Shown one piece after another: positions 11,317-25,831 of a DNA stretch of 64,000 bases. A program made the position numbers and the translations under genes. The stretch is from Octopus sinensis. Its lineage: Eukaryota. Each line of letters begins with the position of its first letter. The stretch's first letter is position 1. The notes beneath the pieces were generated by a model. It had not been told where the DNA came from and did no database searches. It saw only the letters and a program-made list of their open reading frames with translations. The stretch lies in NCBI RefSeq assembly GCF_006345805.1, contig NC_043009.1, positions 37,386,001 through 37,450,000 on the forward strand, read 5' to 3'.

Positions 11317-13923
11317 CCCAAAAATGTAACAAGAACACAACAGACAATAAAACATCCGGACAGGAAAAAACAAGAATGGGTCATTCGCAGTCTTCACTTA
11401 TCAGTCAAGTTTCCAAATCATCCTTACAGTTTCGGCCAGTTACACTTGAGACTGTTCGAAACTTTGACTGGCCCAAAAAATCTAAGCTAAGAGGAATATA
11501 ATGACCAAAAGACTACGGTCACACACTGATAACACTTCATGACACCAAAGTTTAGCCGGTGGGTGTGAAAGGCCTCCTCTGGCCATTTAGAATGCATTCT
11601 ATTGAATGATCGAATTAACTATCTACATATTCTTTCAATAAAAGTGCATTTCTTCTGCCTCGAAAATCTATAAACTAATATACATAGTCTGACAAATCTG
11701 TCAAATCTGGAGTAATCTTCCATACAATAAAAACAGTCTGTTCTAAGTTTTTAATCTTCAATTTCAATATGTTGACATGAAATTTATTAAAAGTTAATCT
11801 TTTGATTATAAATATCAAACACTCTATATGCTATTTAACTGATATCATTTTAACGCACAAACAGGTTTTCTTCGTTGATAATTTTTATTGAAACTGTGGA
11901 AGCGCAGCTGAACAAGCTATGATAAATCGCTAATTATATTCTAAGGTGGCGTCAAATTAAAATGATTTTCAACTTCTATCAACATTCAGCTTACTTTGAT
12001 GGAATTCACACAAAAAAACTAAATTTGTAAATGCATAAATAAAAGGGGAACACAAATGCATTAATGATCACATAGTTTCTTTCGTTTCCAATGTTTCTGA
12101 GATTTAATTATGCTTACTGTTCGTTTTTCGACATCAGTGGCAGACGCCATTAGAAAAACTTATATATATATATATATATATATATAATTGTGTATTATAT
12201 ATGTAACTTATTCATTTACGATTGTATATTCAAACTCTGAATTGCGTATTCAAATGACACTCCCAACAGCCCCGTGTATGTGCGTGTGTGTGAGAGAGAG
12301 AGAGAGAGGAGGGTGTGCGCACGTGCCTACCTTCGTATGTGAAAATAAGTGCTTTAATGGTGTGTCTGAAGCAAATACAGCAATAAATAATAGCTTGTAA
12401 TATCCTGAGTTAAAATCCCCCTTGGAAGGCAAAAGAGCCATTGACTACCTGCGGGACTCGAAACATACATTGCTGAAAGCAGAACAAAAATTATTTTGGT
12501 TCTATTTGTAAACATATTTGCCAATGTTATAGCTGTACAATTCGATTCCCACAGGTAGCCTCCTGTCATTTTTTTCATCGACGAGGTTTTTACCCAGCAT
12601 ATTATAGGCTAATATTTACTGTGTTCATTCCGAGATACACCGTGAAATTATCTATTTACATATTTCTTAATACTTCTAAATTCAGATGTAACCACTTACC
12701 CTTATTCCCCACAACACTTTGTGGTGTTATGCAGTATAGATACATAAGTGGGTATATACATACCTACTCACATATATTAATATGTGTGTGTGTGTGTGAG
12801 TCTATGTATGGATATATATACACGCACACTCATATATAAGTAGACGCACACTTATGTACTCAATCTTATGTGTAAAACCATTAGCTATAAATATACATGT
12901 ATGTAAGCGTATGTATGTGTGTGTATTTGTGTGTATGTGTGTGTGCACGTGTGCGTGCCAATATCAAGGAATGCATAGGTATGTGTATGTCAATGTCAAA
13001 CGATTATCTTGATATATCCTTCTTTGTAAACCAATACAAAATCCTTTCTATCGATATCCCATATTTAAATACTGCTAGTTTATATATATCCCTCTCCACT
13101 AACCCACCGCTACACACTCACGCCAGTAATACTATGTGTATATATATATATATACATACATACATGCCTGTGGAACGTGTTCACACGACTCTGAGTGTTT
13201 TAATGCAGCTCTAATATCTCTTCACTTTGTGAATTGTTACAAAACCCAATGATAGTACAATAAGGCCGATCGTTGCAAGCAGTTTCGTGAGTAAACACAT
13301 TCATTAAATTCCTTTCAAAGCGGAGTTATAACTGAGGTGACATCAGGGGAATATTGTCACTATGGTACAAACGTTTTAACACGTTAATGTCTTCGAAAAA
13401 TTATCTATTTCGTATAACTGGGTGCCATATTGATTTTCAAACTGAGCGGTCTCTGGTTTGTTAATGTGCATTAGAATATTGGTCATGTGGTTTAGTGGGG
13501 GGTCAGGGGTGTTATCAATTAACGGAATCGCTGTGTTGAGTTATATATATTCAAGACACTGTTAATTAGTTTGACAGATGCATTCATAAGTACGTCGTTA
13601 GATTTATATGTACACGTAATTGGTCGTATGTATTCATGTATAAACATTGATTTATATGCATGTTACGTGCGTGTCTGTGCATTAATTCGTATGTGAGCGT
13701 CTATTTTTAAATACATATTTTTCTGCATTTTTATGTGTCTATATGCATATATATATAAAAAAATATATATATGTATGTATGTATGTATTTATGTATATAT
13801 ATATATATACAAAAATTCATACATACGTACATACATACGTAATTACATACATACATACATACATACATACATGCATGCATACATGCATACATACATACAT
13901 ACATACATACATACATACATACA

Positions 13924-13954
<31 letters not shown>

Positions 13955-14449
13955 GCTTACATACAAACATATGCACGTATATGTAATCACACGTGACAAG
14001 CAAAAATGGTTAAAACTAGCCTTTAGAATTACAGAAATCCATTTAAAGGGCTTTTCAGTTTGGCCCGATCTCTTTCACACGACATTCTGTAATTCTTTTA
14101 TTCATCGAAAGAGAACTGCGGTCATATATGTGTTTGTAGGTGTGTATATGTATGTGTGTGTGTGTGTGTGAATACATATATTTGTGTGTGTGTGTGTGTG
14201 TGTGAAACTGCATATTACATAAATGAACTGGATACATGTAGAAATATATATGCATGTGTGTGTGTGTGTGTATGTGTGTGAGTGTGTGCGTGCTGTATAG
14301 GTATGCTCGTGCGCACATATGTAATGATTATCTAAACCATTGCATTATTTTGCATTATTACTCTAGCCACAGGTTAGTATTCCAGTATAATTTATCCACT
14401 TATGATCACAATTTTCCGCTTGGATATCTATCAGAATTGTTTGAATAGT

Positions 14450-15110
14450 CCAAGGACATTTCCACACATGCACTAAGCACATATACACGCACTTACTGAA
14501 CATCCACAGAGATTGAAAATATATGGACCTTCTTTCGGTTCGAAGTTGAATACACCAGTTCTTTGTGTATACCTATGCATTTAACTATTGCAGAAGTGGT
14601 TGAGTATTCCTGAGTCTACAGTACTCAGACTCTCGCACAGTGTACCAATCCTATGCTAAAATGCTTAAATCATAACCATATGTTTTGTCTGAGGAATATA
14701 TGAAGCATAATGTGGCAGGATACAATTCGTAATACAGAGGTTCTTAGATATACTGATGCTACATGTTTATTTGAGAAAAACCAAGCAAATCCAGTTGTGC
14801 TATAATGAATATGTGGTTAGAACACCTGATTGCAGACTGCTAAAATCAATCTTCTATTCTGAACTAGCAAATGCAAGGAGAAATTACAGCGCCTCATAAA
14901 CGATTCGAAGATGCACTGAAAACCACCTTGAAGGTCTTAAAGATAACCAAAATCCATAAAAGGAGGTAAGTACCAGTGTTTCAAATGCTTGTGAATGATT
15001 TATGAATCTTTGTACCAGAGGCCAAAAGAAAATCTCGCAAATTACACTATAAAAACCAAGGTGTGAGATGCTTTGGTTCAACCGTTTTGGCGCTGTGCAT
15101 TTGGTACTAC
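14450..15110 (+). mobile_element. Degraded RTE/BovB-like LINE C-terminal remnant
   Basis: Fragments WQDTIRNTEVLR, KSIFYSELANARR and KRFEDALKTTLK resemble the RTE ORF C-terminus. Confidence 0.6.
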
Positions 15111-15759
15111 TGATTCGATGCTGACTTATTTGACGCTAAACATTTTATTGCTTCTCTCGTTCTCTCTCTACCTACTTACCTACCTCCGTCCTTTCCTCCC
15201 TCTTTTTATATGAGTGGGTATATCCTGTATGAAGGGAGACAGGGAGGTGATGTCAATTACGTTCAATGAATAAAATGTACTGCCCCTTGCCCCTTCTCTA
15301 TCTATCTATCTACCTATCTATCTATCAATCTTTCTCTCCCCCATTCTTTCGTGTGTGCACATGTGTGTGTTTGTGTGCGCGTGTATGTCTATGTATGTCT
15401 GTGCGTGCGTGCAGGGGGCGTGTTTGTGTATTTGCCTTCAGTGCCAAAATGTAGTCTCTAAAACAGGCTGAATATCCAGACAGCCGTTGTAAATTAGCAT
15501 GCAGTCAACTGCGCCCATTCATTTCATTCTGTCAAAACAATGACATGAGTAAACATCACTGCCCATTCTGAGACAAATATTTCTCTATTAGAGATTTTCC
15601 CGCTTACAGTAGAGTACATAAATGAGCAATACACTTCTGTTTTCTTCCTTCTTTTCCACATAACTTATTTATCTATAAAATTTTATTTTATTTTATTATG
15701 TTTATTTACTTTTTCTGCAGCTGGTATATCATTATCACATAACATGACGGACGATCTAT

Positions 15760-15810
<51 letters not shown>

Positions 15811-15951
15811 TTAAATATGTTGTAATACTTACAACATTTAATAAAATGATGTAGTACGAAACGATCGTACTAAATTACCGGAGTCATTCGTGTTGCTTAT
15901 TTTGAATATATATATATGTGTGTGTGTGTGTTTGTGTATAGAGAGAGAGAG

Positions 15952-16052
<101 letters not shown>

Positions 16053-16592
16053 TATATATAGATATATAGATAAATAGAGAGATCTTTCCATCTATCTATG
16101 TATCTATTTTCTATCTTTATTTATGTGTGTGTGTGTGTGTTTGCCTGCGTGTGTGTGTGTGTTTGTGTGTATGTGTGTGTGTGTGTGTGAGCACTCGCGT
16201 CTATGTGTAAATACGAGGTAGCAAGTACTTACATATTTGTATTTGTTTCCTTATATGTCTTATTTGATCACACACGCTCGTTAGTTTTCTATTCTTTACT
16301 GGTATCTACTAAAGAAGCAGTTGAGGTGGATAGAAAACCTGGTAACTTACGGTTTTTAGTTCTTTCTCCACCATATTTCTACATGTCTTTATCGTTTTTA
16401 CCCTACTCCCCTTTTTTGTGACAAATGTAAAATGAGGAGAAAATAAGAAAAGAAAAGCACGTAATAACAAAAGAGATTGAATGTGGCTGTGTTACATCTT
16501 TCAGGATGAAAAGCCGATGGGTGATAAAGAGAATCGATGAAACAGAAAGTGGGAAAGATAACGTGTAAGAAATAAGAAAAGAGAAAACGACA

Positions 16593-16699
16593 GTGTTTCA
16601 GAATAAAGAAAGGAGAAAAGGCCTCAATTTCCTGTCAACGAACAAAGGATAGTTTGACAGGAAATTGATGCCTTTTCTCTTTTCTTAATTCTGACACAC
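16593..16699. repeat. Fold-back inverted repeat, about 45-bp arms
   Basis: gaaaaggcctcaatttcctgtcaa pairs with ttgacaggaaattgatgccttttc. Confidence 0.8.
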
Positions 16700-17559
16700 C
16701 ATCTTTTTCACTTTATCTTTGAGTTACAAATCACAATAAAGGCCTAACAGCATCGAAGATTGAGATCTACCTAATGAGCAATGAATGCTTGTCTCATGGC
16801 TGACAGTATGCTGCTATAGGAAGTAGATAAACTGTACATGGACAAGTTCTGCATAGATATGCATTAGATTAGAATAATAATTAATTTTATTCTGATGTAC
16901 TATTTTAATATAATACAATACTGACATTCAAAGAAAAATAAATAGTAATCACACAAAAAATGTCGCACAGGCATATATGTATATGCTAACACACATACAC
17001 CGTCGGTCTTGTGCATGGGGTGGTTGTGCAAGGAGTCCTAGTTTTTCCGGAGTTTTACACAAACCAAGCCTAAAAACTTGCAACAGAATGAATTCGGGTA
17101 AAAGCACCCAAAAAGTAGGCTGTGGTGTTAAACCGGGCAACGGAATTAAGTCTATCACCCATGTAGGCGGAATTTGAAGTCTGATTACAAAAGCCAAAAT
17201 ATTTACAGCGAAAGCGTCCCATCCGACTCTCTAACGATTCCGTTAGACCACTGCCGTAGACTGGTACTTTATTTACTGATCCCTGAAAGATGAAAGATAG
17301 AGTTGGATATGAACTCAGAACTGCTCGGAGCTGAATAAGTATATTTCGTCAGACACTCTTATTACTCCGCTATTTCGCCACAAGTGCATATGTTGGGAGA
17401 AACAAGCAGATGTAGACATATATTCCCACGTTACAAACGTGCTCAGAGTCTTCAGTATTTTTCTCTGTTTGAGGCAGGATAGAAAATTTTCTTAGGGATC
17501 GTCTTTCTATATCGGATGGAAAAGAAGTTTCTATTGAAGAACAACTTACGTCGTTTACT

Positions 17560-17900
17560 TCATTATATATATATATGGCATTTTTGGTGTGAACAGATAT
17601 CGTCGTTTTTCTTGATTCCTCGCATCAGTTTGTATCGTCTGCACAATATGACTGTATATAATATTATAAGGGACAAAAAGACTGCCAGAATTGTACCCTG
17701 TAGTACTCCACTTTTTAGCATAGTACTTTTAGACAGGGCTCCATTAGCCGTCACCATTTGACTTCAGCCTTTCAGGAAGCCAGAGGGTTAGTTGTTCTAC
17801 CTACTTGTTATCATAACGTTCTTTATCTGGTGACAGAATATTCAATGGTCAACGTTGTCAAAATCTTTGAATAAATCAAGAGAGACAGCCAACGCTTGAT
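17560..17900 (-). mobile_element. Degraded CR1-group reverse transcriptase remnant
   Basis: ORF 17563-17757 VTANGALSKSTMLKSGVLQGTIL parallels VVANGATSINTQIVSGVPQGTVL of the large LINE. A DFDNVDH segment lies upstream. Confidence 0.7.
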
Positions 17901-18370
17901 TTATAGTTTGGTTGTAGAGACATTGTCATTCAGTTTCTTTTGGATGTGTTGGATGTTATTAATAAATTTCTGTTAGCCTCTTTCATTTATTTCTTTACTA
18001 TATAGGATTCTGTTGAGGACTCAGTACTTTTCATGCAGCGAGTAATCTTTTTCCGGTCTCGTTTAGAAACTGTAGCATTTGAATATATGTGTGTGTTTGT
18101 CTTTGTTACTCATTTATATTTTGTTCACTTACCCTGGAATCTGCCCTTCTGGAGGAAGTATTTGGAAAGTATCTTTATATAAAGTACATGTCTGAACAAA
18201 CAAGAGAGGATTTATTCATTAAGTCGGATTGTGCCATCTGCATACACATCATACAGGTGGAAAAATTCTATTTAGAGAGTTTGATACCTAATATTGTTTG
18301 AGTGTGCAAAGAAGTCAGTCCTAATAAGGTACCTCAATTTAAGTACCGAATTCAACTGAGTCTAAATTAC

Positions 18371-18404
<34 letters not shown>

Positions 18405-18407
<3 letters not shown>

Positions 18408-18640
18408 AAAAAGATGGAAAATGCAAAAATAATTTTATAAAAACATTTCAGCACCGGTTTCAGTCATTGAGAGTTTTTCAGCTGTAAGTATGGAAAACAG
18501 TTGGGAAAAATTAAAAGAATTTTTTTTTAAAGAATATTTGTATAGTGTTCAAATACAAGCATTTTCCTTGTTTCTGCCTGTCTCTGTCTTTCTTGTTTAC
18601 TTTTGTGGGTTCGAGGACGTTGTGAATTCTTGGTAGGGAA
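18405..18640 (-). repeat. Interspersed repeat shared with 25745-25980, containing a decayed hammerhead motif at 18449-18484
   Basis: Close similarity to 25745-25980 (ccggtttcagtcattgag...ttttccttgtttctgcctgtctctgtc). Confidence 0.75.
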
Positions 18641-18749
18641 GAAGAAGAAGAAGAAGAAGAAGAAGAATGTGGGAGTGCCATGACAGTAGTATGTTGAATG
18701 GTCAGCTGCCCCGAATATAATTATGTATGTATATATATATATATATATA

Positions 18750-19109
18750 CTCTTACTCTTTACTCTTTTACTTGTTTCAGTCATTTGACTGCGGCCATGC
18801 TGGAGCACCACCTTTTTTAGTACTTATTCTATCGGTCTCTTTTTGCCGAACCGCTAAGTGACGGGGACATAAACACACCAGCATCGGTTGTCAAGCAATG
18901 CTAGGGGGACAAACACAGACACACAAACACACATATACATATATATACATATATACGACAGGCTTCTTTCAGTTTCCGTCTACCAAATCCACTCACAAGG
19001 CATTGGTCGGCCCGGGGCTATAGCAGAAGACACTTGCCCAAGATGCCACGCAGTGGGACTGAACCCGCAACCGTGTGGTTGGTTAGCAAGCTACTTACCA
19101 CACAGCCAC
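18750..19109 (-). mobile_element. tRNA-derived SINE family B (CORE-like, OR2-like by inference)
   Basis: Near-identical to 50884-51302, with an internal deletion. Confidence 0.85.
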
Positions 19110-20036
19110 ATATATATAGTTATATAGTTATTATATGTTGTGGAGAAAGTTCATACCATCAAGGAATGACGCTGTTGCATTTTATTATAGTTGAAAATTC
19201 ATAAATTGTCAAGAGTTTAGACAGACATTTACTTTTAGAACACTCCTATCGTTTATAACTCATAAGATTGTTCCAAAAGTTAACTTTTGCGTTGAGAAAC
19301 TTTGAGTAAAGAGTTTGTGAAGTTTTTCAGCTTCAATAAAATACTATACGTACGTATACATATGTATTAGAGTTTGTGCTTAAGAATTTAGTATAGGTAC
19401 AAAATATCATATTCATTCAAAAGTTTCCATTGTCATCAATTTTTTAAGGGAGACGTATTTTATTTAATACTTTTTAATATCAATATTACTCACGCACGCA
19501 TGCAGGCACACATTCTCTCACACACACACAGAGGCACACACACACACACACACGCTCACATACACATATAATATACGCATGCTTGTATGTATGCTTGCAT
19601 GTTTGTGTACGTGTGTCTGTATATACGTAACATAATTTTTAAAAAGTATGGAATATTTAACGATATTTGAAGCATTTGAATGAATATGATATTTTATACC
19701 AAATTCTAATACAAACTAATCGTGACAAAACCGTTATTAAATAACGGAAGAAATTTAAGACTGCCAGAAAAGTATGTTTATATAATCCAAGTCTATGAGG
19801 TTTAATTAACAAGATTTTACATATCAAGGTTTCTTTCACAACTAAATAACCACTCCAACATTCACAATTTTTACCACTTAACAGATATTTTTATTGCTTC
19901 ACAGCCTCTCTACGAATAGAAACATATGTACATTTCGAGCAACCGACATTTTTCTTCACGTATGTATTAATGTATATATTTATCTATGGGTACCTCTGAA
20001 TATCTCTACGTATGAATGCATGTATGTATGATTATG

Positions 20037-20071
<35 letters not shown>

Positions 20072-20216
20072 ACGTGTGTGTGTGTGTGTGTGTGTGCCTG
20101 TGTGATGTTTAATATCATCTGAATAATAACCTCATAGTGCGTATTTCAAAGCACTTATACAGTTATCAGCTACCATATGCCATCATAAAGCAGGATTACT
20201 CCTTTTATTGGATATA

Positions 20217-21469
20217 CACAGACGTGACAAAAGTAAATAGATAGCCTTGTAGTCATTAAAATTTATTTAAATCTGAAATTATACATTAAAATTATTTAGC
20301 AATTATTATAATGTGAATATCTGATATTTAGTAGACACGCTCTTTGGATTTTTCAACGCAAGGATCCTATAAAGCATGCTACTGATCAGATGACGAATAT
20401 TCTCTTGAGGAATTTCTTGCCAAGTTTCATGCCATAATCTCAAAAAATCTGGCTTTGGGGATGCATTCCTGCTCTTTTTACGAAGTGTTCTGTCCATTAT
20501 GTCCCAGAGGTGTTCAATAGGGTTCACATCTGGTGACTGGCTTAGCCATGGAAGTTTTTTAACATCAATATTTTCCAACCAATCTTGTGTCTTTTTAGCC
20601 GTGTGACAAGAAGTCTTATCTTCCATAAAAAGTATTCTTTAATCATTTCATCATTGGAGAAGATTGGAGGAGTCCTTTCTGCAATATGGACATATATTTA
20701 TCTAAGTTTATGTTTCCATCACATTTCACTAGCTCTGATTTACCATTGCTGCAAATTCCTCCTCAGACCATCACAGAATGGCTGCCATGTTTCATTGTTG
20801 ACAGCAATCTTTTCTTGTCAAATTCTTGATCACAGAATCTCCAGACCCACACTCGACCACTGTCAGAAAATACAGCAAATCTGGACTCATCAGAGAATAT
20901 GATAGTGTCTCAAAATGCTAGCGGCGTTTCCATCATCTCACTGGCCCAATCTTTTCTCCACTAATTATTGGCTGATTGGAGAAGTGACTTCCTTCTTGCT
21001 GCTCTGCCATAGTAACCAAGTTTGTGGAGATATCTGACAGCTGTTCTGGGACTGACATTAACTTGTCCTGCTATGTCAGATGCCTTGCAATGAAGATTAT
21101 CCTCTACACTTCACTTAACAAAGTAAAGGGTCGTCAGAGGGCCCTGGTCGACCTGGGCAAGGTGATGTGGACTGTTTCCCTTCTTTGGTGAATTGCACGA
21201 TCACCCTGTTAACTGTAGAAAGCAGGATCCCAAGGTTTTCTGCGATTTTACGCTAAGCCCAAACCTTCAGACTGACCCACAAAATGGCCTCTTTGAAATT
21301 TGGACAGTTTCAAGGCTTTTTTTGTACGTAGCATGATTAAAAATTCACTTACATAATCTGAAACATAAAAATGTCCATTAATAAAATATATATATATAAA
21401 TATTTTCAAGTTAAAATAAGCATAAAACAATGTATTATGGGGTGTCTATTTACTTTTGTCATGTCTGTG
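20217..21469 (-). mobile_element. Tc1-family DNA transposon, degraded transposase
   Basis: TIRs CACAGAC(G/A)TGACAAAAGTAAATAGA at both ends, flanked by TA. Minus-strand motifs IFSDESRF and WLSQSPDVNPIEHLW. Confidence 0.92.
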
Positions 21470-21802
21470 TACATGTGGCATTCTGTTACTATATGTAGAA
21501 TTTATATTAATATTTATAGACAAAGATAAAATAAAGTCGCTGTAATCACAAATTGACAACAGCTGCTTTGTGCAATGGTAACAGCTATTCGTTGCTGAAT
21601 ATTCCATACAACACTATTACAGAAAATATTATACAATATTATATAAATAGCTACTTAAATAAACAGGATCCAGTAACAGTATATTGAATTCTAACAACTC
21701 GTTATTAGTATCGTTTAGTAGCAAGAGAGGGAAGAAAGCAAGATAGATAGATAGGTAGACAGACAGACAGATAGACAGATAGATAGATAGATAGATAGAT
21801 AC

Positions 21803-21840
<38 letters not shown>

Positions 21841-21864
21841 TAGTTATTGTATATATATATATAT

Positions 21865-22153
21865 GGCACTCCGTCGGTTACGACGGCGATGATTTCAGTT
21901 GATCCGATGAACGGAACAGCCTCCTCTTGTAATTAACGTGCAAGAAGCTGGCTTAACATAGTTCTCAGGGAGATTAAGCGTGATACAGAATGTAACAAGA
22001 CTGGCCTTTTGAAATACAGGCACCACTCATTTTTGCCAGCTGAGTGAACTGGAACAATGTGTCTTGCTCAAGGACGCAACGCGTCGCTGAGAATTGAACT
22101 CATGACCTCACGATCGCGAGCCGAATACGCTAGCCACTAAGCCACGCGCCTTC
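21865..22153 (-). mobile_element. tRNA-derived SINE family C
   Basis: ggcactccgtcggttacgac...aattaacgtg matches 30351-30731. tRNA-like head on the minus strand. Confidence 0.8.
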
Positions 22154-23036
22154 ACTATATATATTGAGAATAACAAGGTAGTCAGAATGTTGAATGATTA
22201 TATATATTTTTATTTACATTTTTAGCGCTTGCTTCCGTTATCGGATTTATCAAAAAAGAAAATGGTTTATAGTAAGTTTGCTTCGCTTTTTAAATAAAAT
22301 TGACTGTGATAAGGTTTTAGAAAGAGAGAGAGGGGAAACGGAGAGGAAAAGAGAGGAACAAATAAGAAAGGAAAGTGCAGGGGTGAGAGCGGAGGAGAGA
22401 GTGGGGGATAGTGAAGACATAGAAGAGAAAAGAAAGTAGGAGTGCTTTAGGGGTTTACGGAAGAAGAGAAAAGCAAAAAGAAAAATGTTTGAGAGGGAGG
22501 GGAGGTGAAGGAGATATGGCTTTTGTATCAGTGTGGTCAAACTTACTTAATTAGGATTCAGTATCTTGTTTTTTACCCTTTGTAGTGACCTTTTGGGCGG
22601 GGTAGGAAAGGAATTTTTTGGTATTCAAGTGGTCGAGGATTTTAATTGGAAGACCAGGTGGGGTTTTTTTTCTTTTTCTCTTGTAAGAATTATAATTACA
22701 TTTCAAGGTCTTGCTTCTTTTAATTTTTTATATATTCATTAATGCAAGGGAGAGAGTATCGTTGCATGAATATGGTCAATTTTTTTAATTAAAATTACAG
22801 ATGTTGAAATCTTCAAATACTAGAATCGTTGATTACGGATGCTAAAATAAGGCATCTGTTGCAATAAAATCTGAAAAAAGTTTAAGAGTGGGAAAGTGCT
22901 TCTCAATTATAAACATGATCTGAATTTCTTTAAGAAATTATAAACATGATCTGCGTTCCTTGAATTTTCCTTATCGACATGTTTCCAAATCAACCCTTTC
23001 ATTTCGGGGAGAACTTCTTTATGAAATATAGTTCCA

Positions 23037-23085
<49 letters not shown>

Positions 23086-23114
23086 TATAGACAGGTATGG
23101 ATGGATGGATTTCA

Positions 23115-23210
23115 ATCATGCACTTTGGGTAAAAGTCTTCTGCTGAAACACCTGGACGACCAATGCTGCTTTGTAAATGAATTCGGAAGATGAAAACTGT
23201 GTGGAAGCCC

Positions 23211-23306
<96 letters not shown>

Positions 23307-23525
23307 ATGTGTGGTGTGTGCGTGCTTGTCCTCTCCATCGCTTGACAACCGGCGTTGGTTTGGTTTATTTTCCGTAACTTAGCGATTCGGTAAAAGAAAG
23401 GAAAAATTAGAATAGTTACCAGACTTTAAATCAAACATGTACTGGGGTCGTTTTCTTCGATAGAAAAAAAAGAGCAAAAACCTTCAAGGCATAATCGCAG
23501 TCAAGTGACTGAAGCAACTCAAAGA
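23115..23525 (+). mobile_element. Degenerate SINE family B
   Basis: catcgcttgacaaccgg...gtaacttagcgattcgg...cagtcaagtgactgaagc. Confidence 0.65.
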
Positions 23526-24306
23526 TTTTAGTGTCTCGTATTTGATATTGTAGGTAACGCTTTTAGATTCGTCTATAGGAAAACTTCGATTTTATTGACT
23601 TTTATGTTCTGCCCTTTACTAAGCTATTCGGTCATGTTGTGAGTCGATAGAAAATCAATATGCCGTATTAAATTTTATCAATTGGTTAATTAATTTCTTT
23701 ACCTATAGGTTGTTTTATATTGATACGTAGTGCTTATGATTGTGTCTATCCGTATACTTGTACACACGCGCGCACGGACACGGACACACACACATATGCA
23801 TTTCTATGTGTGTGCATGTGAGTAAATAAAGAAAGGAGTCATCAAATCAATTTCATTAGCTTGCAATTGTTTCTGTTATGAGCAAGCGTGTCATTCATTA
23901 ATTGATATTATGCTCTGCGACTGACCTGATGGTTTGCTGTAAAATATAAATCTATAAATATCTTGAATTTTAACAACTAGTAATTAGTATCATTATACCT
24001 ACGCGGAATCAGTATATATATATATATATTATATATATATATAATATATATATATATTAATAAATAAAACATATGCATATATATAAACATATATGTACGT
24101 ACCTACCTCTACATGTACATATACACGCATATATGAGTACAGAACACCAAAAAGACGTCGAACACAATGAGAAACGAAAACATAGACACAAACCCAAGGA
24201 ACTGGACATTTTTTTAAACAACAAAAAAATAGAGTACAGGACAATCAACGCAAAGAAAAACCCCTTCTTCAGTCGCTATGGTTTCATCTACTCTACGTTT
24301 CGAATG

Positions 24307-24380
<74 letters not shown>

Positions 24381-24553
24381 GTCAGGGAGAGAGAGAGGAG
24401 GGATATGATTCAAACTAATAGGCATGCGCTCTGAGTGTTTAAGTGGGTGTGCCACAAAAATTCCAGTTAGAACAGCGGTTGAAGTTATGCTTGTGTGATT
24501 GTCTTGTTCAAAAAACGGCTAATGAAGTCTTCCCTCTGAGTCAGTAGATACAA

Positions 24554-24774
24554 GTTAAAGTAGTGAGGAAAAGCAAACAACTAATGAAGGCAGGACAAGG
24601 ACATTTGATTTGATTTAATTCAATCTAAAAATGTTGGTACATAACGAACGGCAAAAATAAGTTTGTACTACTTTTACCGTTCGTTATGTAGCTAAATTTT
24701 TAGATTGGATTAAGCGAAATCAAATGTCCTTTTCCTGCCTTCACTAATTGTCTGCCTTTCCTCGCTACTTTAAC
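24554..24774. repeat. Fold-back inverted repeat, about 100-bp arms
   Basis: gttaaagtagtgaggaaa...acataacgaacgg pairs with ccgttcgttatgt...tttcctcgctactttaac. Confidence 0.85.
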
Positions 24775-24977
24775 CTAAATATATATATAACAAGATTGAA
24801 TGAATAAGCCTTAATCACAAAATACAATTGTTTTCGTGTAATGGTAACAGCTGTTAGTTGGTAAGTTTTCCATGTCATACTATTACATAAAATATATACA
24901 TTCTAACATAAATAAATATGATCCAGCAGCAGCAGCTGCAACTGTGTACCGACACGTCCTCGGTAAGCGGCCCTGAT

Positions 24978-25730
<753 letters not shown>

Positions 25731-25795
25731 TATATATATATATATGGAAAAAAGTCAAGATAGAAAATGCTAAAATAATTTTATGAAAAACATTT

Positions 25796-25831
25796 CAGTA
25801 CCGGTTTCAGTCATTGAGACTTTTTCAACTG
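25796..25831 (-). ncRNA. Type I hammerhead motif, U3-A8 core variant
   Basis: Minus strand cag-TTGAAAA-agtc(tcaat)gact-GAAA-c(cg)-GTA-ctg. Confidence 0.55.

Noticed and set aside
15830-15875. GAAACGATCGTA palindromic half-motif
   Set aside because: No recognisable CUGANGA-type core upstream.
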